In this document: one piece after another, positions 19,017 through 26,571 of the stretch
How positions within the stretch are numbered: the first letter of the stretch is position 1
Layout of the letters: each line of letters begins with the position of its first letter
Assembly: GCA_002691465.1 (NCBI GenBank)
Contig: NZHP01000028.1
Location: forward strand, 5,263-69,262
Length of the DNA stretch: 64,000 nt
Source: Gammaproteobacteria bacterium
GTDB taxonomy: Bacteria > Pseudomonadota > Gammaproteobacteria > Steroidobacterales > UBA11654
Reading direction: 5' to 3'
Program-made: the position numbers and the translations under genes
The notes under the pieces: model-generated
Told to the model about the DNA's origin: nothing
Databases searched by the model: none
What the model saw: the letters and a program-made list of their open reading frames with translations, nothing else

Positions 19017-20114
19017 ATGAGTAATATAAAGCAAAATACCTTATTGAATCCCGGCCCAGTCAATATGTCGGATCGAGTGAAAAATCGAATGATCAGAGAA
19101 GATTTTTGTCACCGTGAAAAAGAATTCTCAGCTTTAGTAAAAGACGTCAATTCCCAGATTGTTAAAATTTATGATGGCATGAAAAATTATGAATCTGTAA
19201 TCATCAGCAGCTCTGGAACAGGAGCCGTTGAGGGCATGTTGACTTCTTTTATTCACGACGAGAAGTCATTAATAATCAGCAACGGTGTTTATGGCGAAAG
19301 AATGGAAAGGATTTTAAGGGTTCAAAATAAGAAATTAGAAATGATTCAATTTGATTGGCTTGATCCGATTAATATTAAATCAATCAAAAACTGTCTTGAC
19401 TCCGATCAGAGCATAAAGAATCTAATTTTAGTCCATCATGAAACGACCACTGGAAGGTTGAATGAGTTGAAAGAAGTAGGGCAACTTTGCAAAGACTATG
19501 ATCTCGGTTTATATCTAGATGGAGTCAGTAGTTTTGGCGCAGAAGAAATAGCTGCAAATGAAATCAATTTGAAAGCCGTTTCTGCATCTGCGAATAAATG
19601 CCTTCACGGTGCGCCTGGTTTAGCATTTGTGGTGGCGCACAAGGATCAATGGGAGAGAGCGCCTGAAAAAACATCTGGCGTATACTTTGATTTACACCAG
19701 TACTATGCCATGCAAAAAACAGATGGTTTCTCGCCATTTACTCAAGCCACACATTTGGTTTCAGCTTTTAATGAGGCAATGCTTGAATTCAACGAGATGG
19801 GTGGATGGAAAGCGAGGAATAATTTATTTCGGAGTAGGGCAGAAGAAATCAATGCTTGCTTGGATCGACTTGGCATTGAAACACTGATACCAAAGGAAGA
19901 TTACTCATCTGTTCTGAGGTCTTACCAACTTCCTGAAGGCATTTCTTATGAGGATTTACATGCATTCATGAAAAAGAATGGTTTTGTAATTTATCAAGGG
20001 CAAGGAAGTTTCAAAAAGAACATATTTAGAATATCAACCATGGGTCATATCAAAGAATCAGACATAACTTTGTTGTGCAGTTTATTTGAAGAATTCTTCA
20101 AAAATCATGATTAA
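19017..20114 (+). CDS. aepZ: 2-aminoethylphosphonate:pyruvate aminotransferase (class V)
   Basis: 365 aa. LLNPGPVNMS N-terminus. PLP-Lys context SASANKCLHGAPG. Position directly after ppd. Confidence 0.85.
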   Translation: MSNIKQNTLLNPGPVNMSDRVKNRMIREDFCHREKEFSALVKDVNSQIVKIYDGMKNYESVIISSSGTGAVEGMLTSFIHDEKSLIISNGVYGERMERILRVQNKKLEMIQFDWLDPINIKSIKNCLDSDQSIKNLILVHHETTTGRLNELKEVGQLCKDYDLGLYLDGVSSFGAEEIAANEINLKAVSASANKCLHGAPGLAFVVAHKDQWERAPEKTSGVYFDLHQYYAMQKTDGFSPFTQATHLVSAFNEAMLEFNEMGGWKARNNLFRSRAEEINACLDRLGIETLIPKEDYSSVLRSYQLPEGISYEDLHAFMKKNGFVIYQGQGSFKKNIFRISTMGHIKESDITLLCSLFEEFFKNHD

Positions 20115-20856
20115 GCAGGCTGTCATATTGGCAGCAGGCATGGGAAGCCGATTAAGCAATCACAATGATCAAAAGCCAAAAGGATTTCTTCAACTTGGAA
20201 AAAAATCAATCATTGAAGAGTCAATCGATAAGCTCATCAAGAACGGAATCGAAAAAATATGGATTGTTACAGGTTATCAATCAGGACAATTTGAAGAATT
20301 AATCAAAAAATATAAATCAACGATTAGTCTTGTAAAAAATAAAGATTATACTCAATCGGGAACACTGCATTCGCTGTCGATGATTTCTGAAAAGGTTTCA
20401 CCTCCATTCCTGTTGCTTGAGTCAGACATCATTTTTGAATTCAGGGCGATTGAAATGATCATCGGTGATCTAAGAGATAATTGCATCTTGCTGAGTGGGT
20501 TCAGTGATTGTGGAGACGAAGTATTTGTCGAAACGTCAGCCTCCAAATTGGTTTCGATGTCAAAAAACATCAACGAGCTGAGCAGCACTCCAACTGGCGA
20601 GTTGGTTGGAATAACCAAAATAGGAAGCGAGTTATTTACAAAAATGATGCAATTTTATAAAAGGAATCCAATAAAAAAAATGGCTGATTATGAGACAGAT
20701 GCCTTGGTCGGTGTTGCCAAAGATATTCCGATACCCTGTTTGTTAATAGAAGATTTAATATGGTCAGAGATAGATGATGAGACTCATCTAAAACGCGCAA
20801 AGAAAGAAATTTATCCCATGGTTCTTAAAACTGATTTAGAATATCTCACTAAATAA
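20107..20856 (+). CDS. LicC/PntC-like nucleotidyl(cytidylyl)transferase
   Basis: ATG 20107 overlaps the aepZ stop by 8 nt. Canonical AVILAAGMGSRLS...KPKGFLQL signature. About 250 aa. Confidence 0.75.
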   Translation: MIKQAVILAAGMGSRLSNHNDQKPKGFLQLGKKSIIEESIDKLIKNGIEKIWIVTGYQSGQFEELIKKYKSTISLVKNKDYTQSGTLHSLSMISEKVSPPFLLLESDIIFEFRAIEMIIGDLRDNCILLSGFSDCGDEVFVETSASKLVSMSKNINELSSTPTGELVGITKIGSELFTKMMQFYKRNPIKKMADYETDALVGVAKDIPIPCLLIEDLIWSEIDDETHLKRAKKEIYPMVLKTDLEYLTK

Positions 20857-20880
20857 ATTGTCTAATAAAGGCATGTATCG

Positions 20881-21075
20881 GTGAAAAAAAGAGCAATAGT
20901 TTTCTCAATCATATTTATTTGCTATGCAAATGCAGCTCATGCATATCTAGATCCAAGTACAGGCGGCATGTTGATCTCAGCCATAGTCGGAATGTTTGCA
21001 ACACTCGGTCTTGTGATTAAATCATATTGGTACAAATTAAAGTCACTCTTCATAAAGAAAGAAAAAAAGAATTGA
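20881..21075 (+). CDS. small (64 aa) membrane protein, unknown function
   Basis: GTG start. Signal-like N-terminus, then YLDPSTGGMLISAIVGMFATLGLVI transmembrane segment and a Lys-rich tail. Lies inside the operon with 24-nt and 13-nt spacers. Confidence 0.4.
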   Translation: MKKRAIVFSIIFICYANAAHAYLDPSTGGMLISAIVGMFATLGLVIKSYWYKLKSLFIKKEKKN

Positions 21076-21088
21076 TCGATCCTCATAT

Positions 21089-22219
21089 ATGAAGACTTTC
21101 TTTAAGGAATTTCAAGGATACAGAGCATACAAGAAACTTCCCAAGTCATATAAGAAGGTCGTTTTCTACTCAGAAAGTTTTCAAGACTGGCACCACCTTA
21201 AACCTCCTTTGAATGCCTTATTGGATGAGGATATAGCCGTCACCTATGTCACTTCAGATGATAAAGATCCTGGCTTATTAAAACTGTCTAAAAAATACAG
21301 ATCCATTTATATTGGTAAAGGATTTTTTAGGATTCTATTTTTCCAGTTTCTAAGGGCCAAGTTATTGATATTGACGATGATGGATTTAAATAATTTTGAA
21401 TTAAAAAGATCCATGCATCCAGTTCACTATGTCTACATCTTTCACAGCCTAACAAGTACACATATGGTAGACACAGAAAAGTCATTTGATCACTACGACA
21501 CTATATTTTGTGCCGGTCCTCACCAAAAGAAAGAAATTGAGCTCAGAGAGAAAAATAAAGATTTAAAGGCAAAGAATCTCGTTCCTTATGGATATCCCAG
21601 GATAGAAAAACTGATTCAATTAAGCTCAAAACCAAAGAATGAAAAAAAAGTCATACTTTTGGCACCCACATGGGGTGAGCAAAGCATTATTAACCTTATG
21701 GGAATGGAGATTTGCTCAATAATCATTAATCAGGGTTATTCCTTGATACTTCGACCGCATCACGAAACAATCAAACGATCACCCCAGCTCATCGATGAAA
21801 TAGAAAATAAGTATTCTCATCTTGAAACCTTTAGATTGGTGAGGGAAATGGGAGACGCTGAATCGCTCCTGCAATCCGACTTATTAATTTGTGATTGGTC
21901 AGGTACAGCAATTGAATATGCATTTGGACTGGAAAAACCTGTCATATTTATAGACATACCGCCACGAGTTAGAAATCCAAATTGGAGAGAAATTCAATCA
22001 GAGCCATTAGAAATGAGTATCAGAGAAAAGGTTGGTCGAGTCATCTGTCCCTCAAAACTCGATGAGTTGCCCTCGTCTATTTCTCAATTATTGAATGAAG
22101 ATCAGATCTCCTCGAGTCTGATCAAATCACTGCGTGAAGAATTTATATATAATTTAAGTGATTCAGAAATTATTGGTAGAGAAGAGATAAAGAAATTACT
22201 AAAGACACTCAAAAACTAA
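21089..22219 (+). CDS. TagF-like CDP-glycerol glycerophosphotransferase-family protein
   Basis: 376 aa. Motifs ILLAPTWGE, LRPHHET, LLICDWSGTAIEYAFGLEKPVIFID parallel the TagB/TagF family (APTWR, HP, TDYSS...KPxIF). Confidence 0.6.
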   Translation: MKTFFKEFQGYRAYKKLPKSYKKVVFYSESFQDWHHLKPPLNALLDEDIAVTYVTSDDKDPGLLKLSKKYRSIYIGKGFFRILFFQFLRAKLLILTMMDLNNFELKRSMHPVHYVYIFHSLTSTHMVDTEKSFDHYDTIFCAGPHQKKEIELREKNKDLKAKNLVPYGYPRIEKLIQLSSKPKNEKKVILLAPTWGEQSIINLMGMEICSIIINQGYSLILRPHHETIKRSPQLIDEIENKYSHLETFRLVREMGDAESLLQSDLLICDWSGTAIEYAFGLEKPVIFIDIPPRVRNPNWREIQSEPLEMSIREKVGRVICPSKLDELPSSISQLLNEDQISSSLIKSLREEFIYNLSDSEIIGREEIKKLLKTLKN

Positions 22220-22296
22220 ATTTTCCATCTAAATGGTTCCTTTGGTATGGTTTTTTTAACGGAATCATTGCTTCGCTAATATCAATTCAGTACTTA

Positions 22297-23991
22297 TTGC
22301 TCTTTCCTTCAGACATGACTCTGCTGTCTTCAAGTTATGTCCTGTTTGCAACCTTGACCCACTTTATTTCCATGCATTTCTTGCCTTTATTCCTACTTTC
22401 ATTGATTCAACGGAGAGTCGGTTTTGGAAGAGTATGTGTCATCTCAGCAATTATTTATGCATCAATCATTAATACCTTGATCGTTATAGATGCAAATTTC
22501 TTTGCAACCAATCGATTTCATATGAGCCTAATGACCGTAATGCTTTTTGATGATGCAACTTATTTTTTTTCAGGTCTTCAATTCGTGATTATGATCATCT
22601 TTCAATATTATCTGGCCAGTGAAATCGGAAAGTCTATAAAGAAGAATTCAAAACAATCATATCTCGGTATTTCTTTGGCAGCGGTCACTATCAGCACATG
22701 GCTTTATGTTCAGGGCGTGCATATATGGGCAGACGCAACTTATCAATCATCCATCACAACCTTTACAAGATATTTACCATTGTTCAGACCCATTCATGCC
22801 AAACGAGATCTCGCTAGATTGGGATTGATCGACTCAGATCAACTGAGAGAGAAGAATCTATCTCAAGAAATTAAAAATACTGAATTGCTTTATCCCAAGA
22901 ATGCATTGCAGTGCCAAAGTGATGCACAATCAAACAATGTCCTTATTATACTGGTTGATGCACTACGTCCTGAGATGGTCAATGATTCAATGATGCCAAA
23001 TGCATCAAAGCTCTTTTCAGAAAGCATTAACTTTGAGAATCATTTTTCGGGTGGAACTTCTTCCAGAATGGGAATGTTTTCACTATTTTATGGTTTGCCT
23101 TCTACATATTGGAGAGTGTTTCACGATAATTTGAAACCCTCATTGTTGATTACGATGTTTGATGAGAGCAATTACGATGTTCAGGCCATCAGCTCATCAG
23201 GTCTGGGAAGTCCTGCTGTACTCGATAGGACAGCTTTTGCTGGTATGGCAAAGATCAATCTTAAGCCGCTCGGAGATTCTGAGTCAACGAGCCTGAAATT
23301 AGTAACAGACCGATGGGTTAAAGAAATCAATCAGTCGAAAGAATCAAAATTCTTTACTTTGCTTCACTATGATCCCCCAATTAATGAAGTAAACCCAACT
23401 GAATCCTTGGAAATTAACAACAAATTTATTAGGAATAATGATGTCTCTCACAATCTTGAGGTTTCAAGATATACTCAGTCCATTCGAGAGGTGGACAAAG
23501 AAATTGGAAGACTTATCAAGACTATAAAAGAAAGAGACTTGCTTAAAAATACCATTCTTATTTTGACTTCAGATCATGGGTATGAGCTCGATGATTATCA
23601 AGAGAATTACTATGGGCATTCCAGCAACTATAGTCCAGCCCAAACAAAGGTACCTCTAAGAATAATATGGCCAAGTAAAGACCCTAAAAAATACTCATTT
23701 CGATCCTCTCATCACGATATTGCTCCGACCTTGATGAAAGAAGTACTGGGTTGCTCAAACGATTATTCGGATTACAGCACTGGAAATAGTTTATTTGATC
23801 AAAAGCCATGGAGCTATTTGATTGCAGGAAGCTATGATTCATTCTCTATTTTGACCGACAAGAAGACCATCACGTCCTATGGGGCTTACTTTGAGGTCAG
23901 GGATGAAAATTACAATCTCACAAAAATCGAAGACTCTGATTATAAAGATCTAGAGGACGCGATATCCGATATGAGTGAGTATTATAAATAA
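22297..23991 (+). CDS. YejM/PbgA-like inner-membrane protein (DUF3413 N-domain + sulfatase/alkaline-phosphatase-fold domain); 5' end uncertain
   Basis: 564 aa from TTG 22297. Collinear with my recollection of E. coli YejM (DATYQSSITTFTRYLPLFRPIHAKR, NVLIILVDALRPE, SGGTSSRMGMFSLFYG). Contains ILTSDHGYE. A homologous first TM helix is encoded in frame upstream (22180-22296) without a canonical start. Confidence 0.8.
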   Translation: MLFPSDMTLLSSSYVLFATLTHFISMHFLPLFLLSLIQRRVGFGRVCVISAIIYASIINTLIVIDANFFATNRFHMSLMTVMLFDDATYFFSGLQFVIMIIFQYYLASEIGKSIKKNSKQSYLGISLAAVTISTWLYVQGVHIWADATYQSSITTFTRYLPLFRPIHAKRDLARLGLIDSDQLREKNLSQEIKNTELLYPKNALQCQSDAQSNNVLIILVDALRPEMVNDSMMPNASKLFSESINFENHFSGGTSSRMGMFSLFYGLPSTYWRVFHDNLKPSLLITMFDESNYDVQAISSSGLGSPAVLDRTAFAGMAKINLKPLGDSESTSLKLVTDRWVKEINQSKESKFFTLLHYDPPINEVNPTESLEINNKFIRNNDVSHNLEVSRYTQSIREVDKEIGRLIKTIKERDLLKNTILILTSDHGYELDDYQENYYGHSSNYSPAQTKVPLRIIWPSKDPKKYSFRSSHHDIAPTLMKEVLGCSNDYSDYSTGNSLFDQKPWSYLIAGSYDSFSILTDKKTITSYGAYFEVRDENYNLTKIEDSDYKDLEDAISDMSEYYK

Positions 23992-25436
23992 TGCTGATGC
24001 TAACCAGAATCTCGTTAGTAGTTTTTATATTCTCACAACAAGTCTTGTCTCTTGAGCAGCCGCTTGATCAGAATCATTTTGGTCAGATTACATTTGATTC
24101 TGAAAAGCCATCGATTGAAAGCTGGATCAGCTGTTTTCCAGATTGTTTCTCAGAAGGAAATGATTCGATTGAACTCAATAATGACTCAAGGACTTTTTTA
24201 AAGATTTTGAACAGTATGAGTGAATCTCCTAGTAGTTATCTGATGACATCAAAAAGAGCAGGCGATGATTTTGAAATCATTTACAATGCCACTCGAAATT
24301 CAAATGAAATCTCACAAATCACTTTCAAGAAAAGTGAAGAGAGTGATTTTTTGGAAGTCATTGTTCGATCACATAATCAAATAGCATTAGAAATTGACTT
24401 AGAAAAGCTTTTAAGCGAAGAAGACATATATGGACTGGGCGGTATTTATAATGGCACCTGGTTGGTAAGAGTCGATGATCAAGGCACCGAGAATCTTACA
24501 AGTTTAAGTGAAATAAAAATAGATTCTGGTTCATGGGTTGGTGCCCGAACAAGATTTTGGTCATTCCTCATTTCATCTCCAAATCAAAAGTTATCAATCA
24601 ATGAAATCAACACTTCAAGCTCAAAATTGGTTATTTCTTCGATGTCATTAGATGGATTCCATAAATTTAAATTATATTTTGGACCTTTGAATACCAAACA
24701 GTTGACTCAATTAGACTCAAAGCTAAGTGATCTTATGTACTCAGCACTTTGGGATTGGCTGAGACAATTATGCTTTTTTATTGAATGGATTTTTGTTTGG
24801 CTTTTAAGCATGACTGGAAATCCAGGTTTCTCGATCCTTTTTCTCGCGTGCATGCTCAAAGTCATCATTTTCCCTCTGAATCAAATAGCTGAAAGATTGC
24901 AGGATGATGTCAATGAGATTCAGTCATCGTTGCAACCCAAGATCAATGAAATCAAGAAAGTTTTTTCGGGCGAAGAGGCCAATCAAAAAATCATGAAACT
25001 TTACAAAGATAAAAATATAAGTCCCTTTTATTCAATGAAGAGTTTATTTGGTTTTCTGATACAGATTCCAATTTTCATAGCAGTCTTTGATGTCTTAGGA
25101 GAATCAATCTATTTAATGAATGAGCCTTTTTTATTTATTGATGATTTGAGTAAACCGGATAGATGGGTTTTACTGCCAATTTTTATCCCATTTTTTGGAC
25201 CTTCATTTAACCTTCTGCCATTGTGCATGATGATCATAAGCATGCTCAGTGCATTCCTGTATTATGATCGAAACTTGTCCAGTGATTTATTGAATAACCA
25301 AAAAAGAAATTTGTACTTCATGTCTCTATTGTTTTTTGTTTTGTTGTTCACTTTTCCATCCGGGATGGTGCTTTACTGGACAGCTTCAAATATTCTGCAA
25401 GTACTGCAGATGCAAATAAAAAAGGCCCTTCAGTAA
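23991..25436 (+). CDS. YidC/Oxa1-family membrane insertase homolog (divergent, short periplasmic domain)
   Basis: 481 aa. TAATG overlap with the upstream gene. MKLYKDKNISPF, LIQIPIFIAVF, PFLFIDDLSKPD, PSGMVLYWTASNILQ parallel the E. coli YidC core. Confidence 0.8.
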   Translation: MLMLTRISLVVFIFSQQVLSLEQPLDQNHFGQITFDSEKPSIESWISCFPDCFSEGNDSIELNNDSRTFLKILNSMSESPSSYLMTSKRAGDDFEIIYNATRNSNEISQITFKKSEESDFLEVIVRSHNQIALEIDLEKLLSEEDIYGLGGIYNGTWLVRVDDQGTENLTSLSEIKIDSGSWVGARTRFWSFLISSPNQKLSINEINTSSSKLVISSMSLDGFHKFKLYFGPLNTKQLTQLDSKLSDLMYSALWDWLRQLCFFIEWIFVWLLSMTGNPGFSILFLACMLKVIIFPLNQIAERLQDDVNEIQSSLQPKINEIKKVFSGEEANQKIMKLYKDKNISPFYSMKSLFGFLIQIPIFIAVFDVLGESIYLMNEPFLFIDDLSKPDRWVLLPIFIPFFGPSFNLLPLCMMIISMLSAFLYYDRNLSSDLLNNQKRNLYFMSLLFFVLLFTFPSGMVLYWTASNILQVLQMQIKKALQ

Positions 25437-25449
25437 AGGGCCTTTTTTT
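25418..25449. terminator. bidirectional rho-independent terminator
   Basis: AAAAAAGGCCCTT cagta AAGGGCCTTTTTT: perfect GC-cored stem (up to 13 bp), 5-nt loop containing the yidC-like stop codon, A-tract and T-tract on either side. Sits between convergent genes. Confidence 0.8.
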
Positions 25450-25464
25450 ACATCCAAGAGGTCT

Positions 25465-26079
25465 TTACATCAAGAATCCGTGACCAGCGCCCACCATGCT
25501 CATCAGCATTGGTATAGACAGCATTGTATTGGTTCTTGAAGCAAGGAAGGCAGTTCTCGCTGCTTTTGCTTTTTCTTCAGCGGTTGCTTCCACGATTCCT
25601 AGAACTTTTTTCTGATTTGGCCATATTAAAACCCAAACATTGAATAGCATTATGGTACCCATCCATGCGCCAATACCTATTGTAGTGGCATACGGATTTC
25701 CAGTTCTCATGCCCAGCTCAAAAGCGTCACCAAGAACGCCATTAAGATATAAATAAGTTGCACCAGTTATCCAAGTTACGAGTGCCGCCCATCTAAACCA
25801 TAGAAGCGCCCTAGGCGCAACATATTTAGTAATTGCTGCGGGACCCGGGCCGTCTTCATCGGCATTTGCCTGTGCAATCGATGGTACTTGAACAAAATTA
25901 AAGTAATAAAGAAGCCCTATCCATGCGACACCTGCACCCACATGCAACCAAATTACTATTCCCTTTAAGCCGGTTCCCATTGCAAACGGTTGAGCGGCCA
26001 TCGAGTTTACGACAGCGATAACGATTGCTATTGCCAACCCAGCTACAATAGTGCCTGTAATCTTGTCTAATGGATTCAT
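25465..26079 (-). CDS. polytopic membrane protein (resembles the membrane domain of PuuD-type proteins)
   Basis: 204 aa from the second ATG (SD agggg is 7 nt upstream; the first ATG at 26085 is only 1 nt from the SD). Motif WLHVGAGVAWIGLLYYFNFVQ. Function uncertain. Confidence 0.6.
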   Translation of the reverse strand: MNPLDKITGTIVAGLAIAIVIAVVNSMAAQPFAMGTGLKGIVIWLHVGAGVAWIGLLYYFNFVQVPSIAQANADEDGPGPAAITKYVAPRALLWFRWAALVTWITGATYLYLNGVLGDAFELGMRTGNPYATTIGIGAWMGTIMLFNVWVLIWPNQKKVLGIVEATAEEKAKAARTAFLASRTNTMLSIPMLMSMVGAGHGFLM

Positions 26080-26212
26080 AATCATACCCCTGATAATTTT
26101 TACGAATAAAAGTATAACAATTTTTATTCAACTCAAACAAATCAGTCAAAAAAATATTCAATATTTTTACAACATAAGAATCTATAATATAACCATAAAT
26201 TAGGAGTGATCG

Positions 26213-26530
26213 ATGACACTAGATGAAAGAATAAAAGAACAATTGGAAGAATTCCCTCTAATCTTATACATGAAAGGCACACCAGATTTCCCTCAATGTG
26301 GTTTTTCAGCAAAGGTATGCGGCATTCTTAAAGCTTCAAACAAACGATTTGCTTTTGTCAATATACTTGAAGACCATGAATTGAGAGATGGACTAAAGAC
26401 TTTCTCGAATTGGCCTACTTTCCCTCAACTCTATGTTAATGGTCAGTTGGTTGGAGGCTCAGATATTGTGGAACAAATGTTCGATTCCGGAGAACTTGCT
26501 ACATTGCTTGATTCTGTTCAGGAAACATAG
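26213..26530 (+). CDS. grxD: monothiol glutaredoxin (Grx4 family)
   Basis: 105 aa. CGFS active site (FPQCGFSAK). WPTFPQLYVNGQLVGG. Confidence 0.9.
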   Translation: MTLDERIKEQLEEFPLILYMKGTPDFPQCGFSAKVCGILKASNKRFAFVNILEDHELRDGLKTFSNWPTFPQLYVNGQLVGGSDIVEQMFDSGELATLLDSVQET

Positions 26531-26571
26531 TTTTTATTGGAGGTTAAGCCATCTCATCACAAGAGAAAGTT

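Noticed and set aside
20086-20106. A TTG-initiated 7-codon extension of the LicC-like ORF.
   Set aside because: The ATG at 20107 places the Gly-rich loop at the usual distance from the N-terminus (MIKQAVILAAGMGSRL) and gives a short coupling overlap with aepZ. The extension adds nothing conserved.
25898-26161. An 87-aa ORF overlapping the 5' end of the membrane-protein gene on the same strand.
   Set aside because: It is out of frame with a well-formed polytopic membrane ORF, has no SD, and has an implausible Arg/Cys-rich composition.
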